IMG/VR virus record: IMGVR_UViG_3300006147_000007
Reading direction: 5' to 3' (one strand)
Source: a virus
Taxonomy: Duplodnaviria > Heunggongvirae > Uroviricota > Caudoviricetes
DNA length: 22,130 bases
Shown: one piece after another, positions 16,078 through 22,130 of the stretch
Position numbering within the stretch: the stretch's first letter is position 1
How the letters are laid out: each line of letters starts with the position of its first letter
Notes under the pieces: generated by a model
Told to the model about the DNA's origin: nothing
Seen by the model: the letters and a program-made list of their open reading frames with translations, nothing else
Database searches by the model: none
Made by a program: the position numbers and the translations under genes

Positions 16078-16808
16078 GTTAATTCCTCCCATCCATATGT
16101 TTCTTTTCTTTTAGTGTATTTTTCATACATATGAATTAACTTATCATAAGATGATTTTGAATAATTTTCTTCTAACCATTGTGTTATATTGCTTATATCT
16201 GTTCCGTTACAAAAATGGGATATAAATTTATGTATTACTGTATGACAATTAGGACAAAGGCAAGTTATATTATCCAAAGAATTATCGCCACCTTGTTGTA
16301 AAGGCAATATATGGTGAATTTCAAGTAGTGGCACTAAATTGAATTTACAAATTTCACATTGTCCATTATAGTAATCAATAATATTTTCTTTGTTCTTTGC
16401 AATATCCTTCCTATAATTATTAACAACAATATCTCTTTGCTTTTTGATTTTTTGCTCACGCTTTTTAAATACTTTCTCAATTTCACTAATAATTTCACAC
16501 CTTCTTATTAGAGAAGGTATTTCTTTAACTCTATTCAAGTTAGAAAGTAACATATTTAGAAAAACATCTTCTTCGTCATCATATTCGTGTATATCAGCCA
16601 AAATAGTTTCAATTCCAAGTTCTTTAGCAGCTCTTACCCGTTGATGTCCTGATACAATAACCATATTTTTAGTTACTACAATAGGTTCAATAATTCCCGA
16701 TGATTTGATAGATTCTAAAAATGCTTCCCAAGAATCACCTGTAATATCATCAAAAAACTCATTGTTACGTGGATGTGACTTTAATTCATTAATATTGATC
16801 TGTTGCAT
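16068..16808 (-). CDS. ParB/Srx domain fused to HNH endonuclease
   Basis: LKSHPRN, SGHQRVRAA; C-terminal CEIC...EIHHILPLQQGGDNSLDNITCLCPNCH. Confidence 0.88.
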   Translation of the reverse strand: MQQININELKSHPRNNEFFDDITGDSWEAFLESIKSSGIIEPIVVTKNMVIVSGHQRVRAAKELGIETILADIHEYDDEEDVFLNMLLSNLNRVKEIPSLIRRCEIISEIEKVFKKREQKIKKQRDIVVNNYRKDIAKNKENIIDYYNGQCEICKFNLVPLLEIHHILPLQQGGDNSLDNITCLCPNCHTVIHKFISHFCNGTDISNITQWLEENYSKSSYDKLIHMYEKYTKRKETYGWEELTWI

Positions 16809-16958
16809 TTGTACTTATAGAAAATTCCTTTCTTTCATAAAATTATTTATAGTTACACAGAACAAAACTCGTTCTAACTTGTATTTCTGCATTTCAAATA
16901 TAAAATCACCTCGATTCTTTCATAAAAATGGATTCCTATATAAATTCTCTCAACTGCG

Positions 16959-17015
16959 TTTAGGTCTGCTACTGAAGACCCAAATACAAATCTTTTCTTC
17001 ATTTGGGTCTGCTAC
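16959..17015. repeat. direct plus inverted repeat cluster upstream of ParB genes
   Basis: TTT(A/G)GGTCTGCTAC at 16959-16972 and 17002-17015; AGACCCAAAT (16976-16985)/ATTTGGGTCT (17001-17010) inverted. Confidence 0.7.
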
Positions 17016-17172
17016 AGAGGTCATTTTGTGTCAGTCAATATCTAAATAGACTCATATTATCAAGAGAAGATATATTACAGCGCAATTTACTTTCGTAAAT
17101 TACTCTGTAAAAAACTTTTTGGTTGTTATTGGTTGTTTTAATAAAATATATTTGTGGTGATGATTATATAAT

Positions 17173-18018
17173 TTACTTCTCCAAATCATTTTCAATTTTT
17201 GCAGCTAATTCATCAAATTTATTTCTACTCTTATTACAATCAGTACCATCAGCCATATGTAACTTCTCCATAATAGAATCCAGTGTTAATGTAAACATAT
17301 CTCTGATATCTCTGTAATGATTGATTACATCAAGTACTTCTACTTTAATATCTGAGTCTATACAAAATTCACATCTATACAGATCTGTATATTCATTGGT
17401 TTCAATGTTATAAGTATCTTCTGTTTCTACGATAACGAGATGTATTATATTAGGTAATGATAATTTCTCATCTGAGTTATCATTTACATAAGATAGAAGA
17501 GTATTAAGTTTCCTAAATGTATTACTTTTCCAGCGTGAATATTTCTTTAGTGGTAATTTCTTCTTATTGGACTGATCTTCTAACTTGGATAACCGGATAT
17601 CCATAGAGGTTAGTAATTCTATTAATTTTTCATTGACTTCATTATTAGGATTAGATTGTAATCTCTTCGTAGCTGCTTTTAGTCCTTGCTCACATGCGAT
17701 GAAATATTTACGTGCTTCTTGTCCACGTTCATTTTTCACTGTCATAGATAACTGCTTTGCAAAATCTGACGTAAGTTTATAATCTGTCGTAAGTCTACCG
17801 CCAATTTTGGGGTTTTCACTCTCAAAGCGAAAAGGTATATAATCAATTCCTTCAGTAGCAAAAGGGTTATTTAATATATTTCGTTTACACCATGCAGAAT
17901 AATGGCTGAGATTTAAACCTAAAAATTCATATAAATTTCTTAGTGTTGTCATTCCGTTCTCATCAATTTTCAATGCAATTTCTATCGGTGTCTGAGATAA
18001 TGTATCGGTTTTAGTCAT
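17173..18018 (-). CDS. AntA/AntB-family phage antirepressor
   Basis: TTLRNLYEFLGL..Y..WC..NI..N.FA.EG.DY and DYKLTSDFAKQLSM...GQEARKYFIACE. True start uncertain. Confidence 0.85.
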   Translation of the reverse strand: MTKTDTLSQTPIEIALKIDENGMTTLRNLYEFLGLNLSHYSAWCKRNILNNPFATEGIDYIPFRFESENPKIGGRLTTDYKLTSDFAKQLSMTVKNERGQEARKYFIACEQGLKAATKRLQSNPNNEVNEKLIELLTSMDIRLSKLEDQSNKKKLPLKKYSRWKSNTFRKLNTLLSYVNDNSDEKLSLPNIIHLVIVETEDTYNIETNEYTDLYRCEFCIDSDIKVEVLDVINHYRDIRDMFTLTLDSIMEKLHMADGTDCNKSRNKFDELAAKIENDLEK

Positions 18019-18360
18019 GGTTTCTGGTAAAGTAGTGTTTGTTTTTGCTATGTTATTTTTAGTGTTTTTGTCATTCTCATAATGTGTTTATCTCCTTATA
18101 ATTTGTCTTGTTATATGTTTCCGATTAATACTTCTACATTTTTATATGAAATACTTCTCAAAATTTTTTATCTATATTTTTGACCAGTAGAGTAGTAAAT
18201 GTTAAATAAATTCTAAATAATGTAAAATATACCCCCTTTACTTATGTGCATACTGAAGTATGACTATTTTTGGATTTTAACAAAATATCTAATATTTTAA
18301 TGGATATTTATTATTTTCTGCATTTGATAAAAGAGTAGCTGTGATTTTCAAGAATAAAAA

Positions 18361-18384
18361 TAAGACAGATAAAAATCTGCCTTA
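18361..18384 (-). terminator. intrinsic terminator after DUF3825 gene
   Basis: Minus strand TAAGGCAGAT-TTTT-ATCTGTCTTA followed by TTTTT. Confidence 0.7.
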
Positions 18385-18421
18385 TAATTAAGAGCTATTA
18401 TGTTTTTTATTTTACTGAAAA

Positions 18422-19387
18422 TCATGGATTTAACCAGTTGCTTTCTGGTTTGGCTATCAATCGGGCATTGTTATATGCCATATCAAGAGTTAAACAGGTA
18501 TGTCCCTGATAACAAGTCTCCGTTTTTGTTACGGCAATAGCTATATCCGGTTTGTTATCAGATAATAAACACAATGGTAGTAGTAACTGGATTTTGCCAT
18601 CATAATATTGTGGGATTGCTAATTTGTAATTAGAAGATACACGTTTTTTCATTGTATCTATTGCTCCATTAAGAATTGTGACCATATTTGCACTGTTTAA
18701 AAATTCTTCCGGTAGTCTATTTTTGTTCCTATCATCATCAAGAATGTGTTTATATTGCACGTCTATAGGATAGTTCCAATTAAATAATAACAATTCTGGA
18801 TTTTCAAAATAATTTGCACGCTCAGGTCGTTCCGTGACTCCCATACTACTTAATTCATACCCAGTAAGAAAGGATATTTCTGAACCTGACTGATATGCAT
18901 ATATTAATTCATAATATTTTGTAAATAGTCCTGTATTAAAAAGTGCATAATCTTGTCCAAATACTATATTTCTTTCGGATTGTAGTTTATTATATGTTTT
19001 AACTATGTAATTTGCAAGTATGCCTTTATTTGGATATGTTTTATTTGACCATAACTCAGTGGCTGCTATGGAAGACAATTGTTCTGTATAATTATTCCAA
19101 TTTACATTGAAAAATGCCATATATCTATATTCCTCCGATTGCTTAAATGCTTTTTCTATTATAGCATATTTTTGGGAGATATGAAAAAATGTTTTTTCTG
19201 TTTCTAATTCTCCATGATATACTTCATATGAATTTATATCATCAGATACAATGCGGTCATAATATTTTATATCAGAAAGTTCTTGTACTCTATTGTATGC
19301 TTCTTTTGAGTTTTTTGCATGTATAAATGCAATATAATCATAATTGTATCCATATGATTCTGTCACTGGTATTAGGTATGTATTCAT
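18422..19387 (-). CDS. DUF3825 domain-containing protein
   Basis: LFNTGL, PERANYF, YKLAIPQYYDGKIQLLLPLCL, TCLTLDMAYNNARLIAKPESNWL recalled as DUF3825 motifs; RBS GGAGGA. Confidence 0.8.
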   Translation of the reverse strand: MNTYLIPVTESYGYNYDYIAFIHAKNSKEAYNRVQELSDIKYYDRIVSDDINSYEVYHGELETEKTFFHISQKYAIIEKAFKQSEEYRYMAFFNVNWNNYTEQLSSIAATELWSNKTYPNKGILANYIVKTYNKLQSERNIVFGQDYALFNTGLFTKYYELIYAYQSGSEISFLTGYELSSMGVTERPERANYFENPELLLFNWNYPIDVQYKHILDDDRNKNRLPEEFLNSANMVTILNGAIDTMKKRVSSNYKLAIPQYYDGKIQLLLPLCLLSDNKPDIAIAVTKTETCYQGHTCLTLDMAYNNARLIAKPESNWLNP

Positions 19388-19520
19388 AATTTTCCTCCGT
19401 TTTTGATAAAATAATTGATTATTACATTATATACTTCTCTTTTTAAGTAATAAAAACTTGGAAATTATAAATCTATCTGAATCATGGTGTAGGAAATGTA
19501 ATAAATTTTGTGCTGCAAAT

Positions 19521-19796
19521 AAAATGAGTTCGGTGAGAGAGTGAATTTGAATGGATATTATGAGTCTGAAAGCATTGATTTTACTGGTTTTTTTGATTGT
19601 TTTAAGAGCAAATTTCTGGTAAAAATAGTGTGAAATTCCCTTATTAAAATTAAAATTTTTAGTTTGTTCGAGAATGTCTAGTGTTTATAAGGGTTTGTAG
19701 GGATTTTTTGATGAATTTTTATTGTTTAAAAAATTTTAAAAATGAAAAATGCTAATAAAATAAGGTGTCTACCGAACCTAACACCGAACTCATTTT
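19521..19796. repeat. 15-bp perfect inverted repeat pair
   Basis: AAAATGAGTTCGGTG (19521-19535) and CACCGAACTCATTTT (19782-19796); extra ACCGAAC half-site at 19771-19777. Confidence 0.75.
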
Positions 19797-20068
19797 TATG
19801 CATTTTTATATTGATAATGAAATTTTTAAGTTGAGGTGTGAGTAGAACAGATAGGGCGTTTTTATTAATTAGTAACTTAGTTTAAAATGTAAACATACCC
19901 CCATACAATACACTATATTGAATATGCAATATTATTGATAATTTTGTATATAAACTTGATTTTTGTATATTTTTACAACTTATTTACAATTTGTATTATG
20001 TATAAAGATGCAATGACTAGTGCGTAACAAAGATTATTTATGTACTATTTAATTAAATTACAAAATAT

Positions 20069-20145
20069 AATTTGAAAATGATTTTCAAATTGAGTAATGT
20101 AATATAAAAATCAGTTCGATATAAAATGAAAATGGTTTTCAAATT
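20069..20145. promoter_or_regulatory. two palindromic operator-like sites
   Basis: AATTTGAAAAT-G-ATTTTCAAATT (20069-20091) and TGAAAATGGTTTTCAAATT (20127-20145; 18/19 identical to the first). Confidence 0.5.
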
Positions 20146-20738
20146 CAAAAATATTTTACACAATATCAACACAAAAATACACATTTTACACAAACGCCTA
20201 ATAATTTTTATGTATAAAAAATCATAGAAAATGTATAGAATTATTCCGCTCGTATCTATACACATACATACTATCATTCTAACCAACAATCTATATCCTA
20301 TAATAGTAAAAAACTAAAGCATTATCAACCATCACAAATTTATCTCTTACCGACTCATTAATTACAATGAATAATCTCATATACAATAAGAATGATTTTC
20401 TCTAAAATACCACAAAACATATAACCCTTATCAATTTGTCTATAAATATAAAAAACGCCTTAAAATCGAAAATACACAAGCACAGCATACAATAATAAGT
20501 AGTACAATTATATATTAGTAGTTAAATCCCTTATTCAACTAACTTTACCCATTTCTGTATATCATTTAATACCTATACATAAACTATTATAATATTACTA
20601 TGTAATCTTAATATATTGAAATACTCTTATAAAATACCATCATGACATATTACTTTACATTCTCCAATCAATTTATTATAATGTTTATAACAATAACTAT
20701 TAACCATAGCATACTAATCCAACAAGGGTGGTGATAAT

Positions 20739-20921
20739 ATGACAGAAAAAGAAATGATGCAAAGAAATATTGAAGAGTTTGTACAACTCCAAAATTATAT
20801 GTTACTTGCTGAAAAAGAATCCGAAGTATACCAAGCAATGAAAATAAGATATAATGCATTAAAGGTTATATTGACATCCTCTGGCATTAATCTTACAGAA
20901 ATTGATCGTATTAAAGAGTAA
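20739..20921 (+). CDS. small hypothetical protein (60 aa)
   Basis: RBS GGTGGTGA; MTEKEMMQRNIEEF...LKVILTSSGINLTEIDRIKE. Confidence 0.85.
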   Translation: MTEKEMMQRNIEEFVQLQNYMLLAEKESEVYQAMKIRYNALKVILTSSGINLTEIDRIKE

Positions 20922-20964
20922 TTAATATTTTGTATAACATAATTATTATGAAAGGAGTGATATT

Positions 20965-21141
20965 ATGCCAACAACTGAAAAGGAATATAACGGTTATTTG
21001 TTTGACCAACTTACTTTGTTAGAAGATATAGAAAGAGTGGCAAAACAAACAAATGCTATTGAAGTATTGAATGAAATAGCAATTAAGCGCAAACAGATTG
21101 AACGCAAATTATACCAGCAACCGCCATTAAAAAGCGAATAA
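20965..21141 (+). CDS. small hypothetical protein (58 aa)
   Basis: RBS AAGGAGTGA; MPTTEKEYNGYLFDQLTLLEDIERVAKQTNAIEVLNEIAIKRKQIERKLYQQPPLKSE*. Not in the ORF track. Confidence 0.8.
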   Translation: MPTTEKEYNGYLFDQLTLLEDIERVAKQTNAIEVLNEIAIKRKQIERKLYQQPPLKSE

Positions 21142-21160
21142 CAATTACTCCTACAATAAT

Positions 21161-21205
21161 AAAGGTGTATAGTAACTTCTATAAGTAGTTGTTCTATACA
21201 CCTTT
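21161..21205. terminator. bidirectional terminator between convergent genes
   Basis: AAAGGTGTATAG (21161-21172)/CTATACACCTTT (21194-21205). Confidence 0.75.
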
Positions 21206-21210
21206 TTAGA

Positions 21211-21354
21211 TTATTCTTTTCTTTCACTCTGTGGCTTTGGTTTATACTGCTCGTCACCTGATTCAATATAAAGCACAAAGTCATTGATTTCTTTTTCAGT
21301 CCATCCGGCAGCACGTAAACCTAAAAGTAATCTTGCAACCTCAGTCATATTCAT
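21211..21354 (-). CDS. small hypothetical protein (47 aa)
   Basis: RBS AAGGTGTGA; MNMTEVARLLLGLRAAGWTEKEINDFVLYIESGDEQYKPKPQSERKE*. Not in the ORF track. Confidence 0.85.
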   Translation of the reverse strand: MNMTEVARLLLGLRAAGWTEKEINDFVLYIESGDEQYKPKPQSERKE

Positions 21355-21426
21355 ATTATCACACCTTTCTGTTAATTGCATGAGTTAATAGCTGTAATTA
21401 TATTGTATTATTTATAATAGTAACAG

Positions 21427-21654
21427 TCAATGGTTTTCATCATCAATATAAAATCCCTTACTATCTAAATCCGCTTTGATTAATCCTTTGATATAGCTAT
21501 TGGCACTCTGTCCAGTTTGGGCAAGGTATGCTTTTATTCTCAAGCCTTCCTCACGTTCTAATCGCTTATATGATACAGCTAAATTTATACTATCTTTATT
21601 ATATTTATTAATTGCTTTTAACATACTTTCACTTGTTTTCTTTTCTTTCTCCAT
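21427..21654 (-). CDS. small RHH-like DNA-binding protein
   Basis: KAINKYNK...INLAVSY (strand) ...IKAYLAQTGQSANSYIKGLI (helix pair); RBS GGGAG. Confidence 0.7.
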   Translation of the reverse strand: MEKEKKTSESMLKAINKYNKDSINLAVSYKRLEREEGLRIKAYLAQTGQSANSYIKGLIKADLDSKGFYIDDENH

Positions 21655-21732
21655 GTTCTAAACTCCCATCTGTATTTTATTTATATATGTATATTCTATT
21701 TTTTTGTGTTTTATAAAATTTTTTATCTTACT

Positions 21733-21882
21733 ATAATATCACAAATAAGTAAACCTATCAATTAGATATTGTGCATAATAAACAAATAGGTAAACCTATA
21801 CGCTTATACAAATTGTGCATACCGCTAAACATAAGTAAACTTATAAAAATCTATTGCAATATAAGTAAACCTATGTTATCAT
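21733..21882. promoter_or_regulatory. divergent promoters with four palindromic operators ATA(A/G)GT-AA-AC(C/T)TAT
   Basis: Operators at 21745-21758, 21786-21799, 21831-21844, 21861-21874. Minus promoter TTGATA (21761-21756), 17 nt, TATTAT (21738-21733). Plus promoter TTGCAA (21854-21859), 17 nt, TATCAT (21877-21882). Confidence 0.8.
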
Positions 21883-22104
21883 CATATACAAGTTAAGCAA
21901 CAAACACATCAAACAAAACAACACAAACGGCAATGCTCTAAAGTGTAAGGCTCAGCAAACTCACAAAAGAGATAGCCACACAAGTCCTAAAGCTGCTTGA
22001 CTCATTGCACCTTGATAATTGAATAAGGACTTTACACCTATTACATAATCTGATAAGATTAAGTTGTAACAATCAGTACAGATTATATGAAAGTGGGTGA
22101 TTGT

Positions 22105-22130
22105 ATGCCAAACGGTGCAGAAATTATAAA
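22105..22130 (+). CDS. 5' fragment of a gene running off the window (MPNGAEII...)
   Basis: RBS GTGGGTGA then ATG; only 8 codons visible. Confidence 0.55.

Noticed and set aside
16815-16892. 25-codon upstream ORF MQKYKLERVLFCVTINNFMKERNFL before the ParB-HNH gene
   Set aside because: RBS spacing is poor and there is no leader-peptide signature, so it cannot be supported.
761-17782. Plus-strand track ORFs antisense to long minus-strand genes (e.g. 761..946, 1660..1887, 2903..3136, 6237..6554, 9767..10135, 16705..17049)
   Set aside because: Shadow ORFs with no RBS or recognisable motifs. The only supported plus-strand genes left of 20 kb are the toxin (275..394) and the intronic RHH gene (9276..9434).
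20053-20289. Minus-strand ORF (78 aa), and similarly 20668..20859 and 20994..21314
   Set aside because: Low-complexity Ile/Phe/Leu-rich translations of AT-rich DNA without an RBS; the latter two are antisense to better-supported plus-strand genes.
21950-22000. c-di-GMP-I riboswitch (AGCAAAC...CCTAAA resemblance)
   Set aside because: Lacks the GACGCAAAGC core, the GNRA tetraloop and the receptor.

Overview
Very AT-rich segment of a large SPbeta-like temperate phage or prophage, probably from a gut Firmicute. The Lachnospiraceae-type host guess rests on the style of the small proteins and RBSs. Almost all genes are on the minus strand. In transcription order (right to left): a DUF3825 gene; an AntA/AntB antirepressor; two tandem ParB/Srx-domain proteins (one fused to HNH); several hypothetical proteins; a Zn-dependent deaminase; a YonO-like single-subunit RNA polymerase split by a 1383-nt group I intron; a Zn-finger protein coupled to the polymerase; an all-helical 210-aa protein; a non-coding RNA cluster; YonK-like, YonJ-like phosphoesterase and HU genes; an antirepressor-like protein; a tyrosine recombinase; and a complete unannotated type I toxin-antitoxin locus at the left end. 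The intron carries a GIY-YIG endonuclease and, antisense to the intron, a 52-aa ribbon-helix-helix regulator with its own promoter, operators and terminator. The ncRNA cluster comprises a ~395-nt element closed by nested long-range helices (with an H-type pseudoknot and about 12 AAARYYY heptamers), a G-U-rich hairpin and an atypical CAU tRNA-like RNA. Three genes of the polymerase operon appear to start at near-cognate AUU, AUC and AUA codons. The right end has a ~1.35-kb non-coding region, small accessory genes and a divergent operator switch. All calls were made by reading the sequence; no database searches were run.
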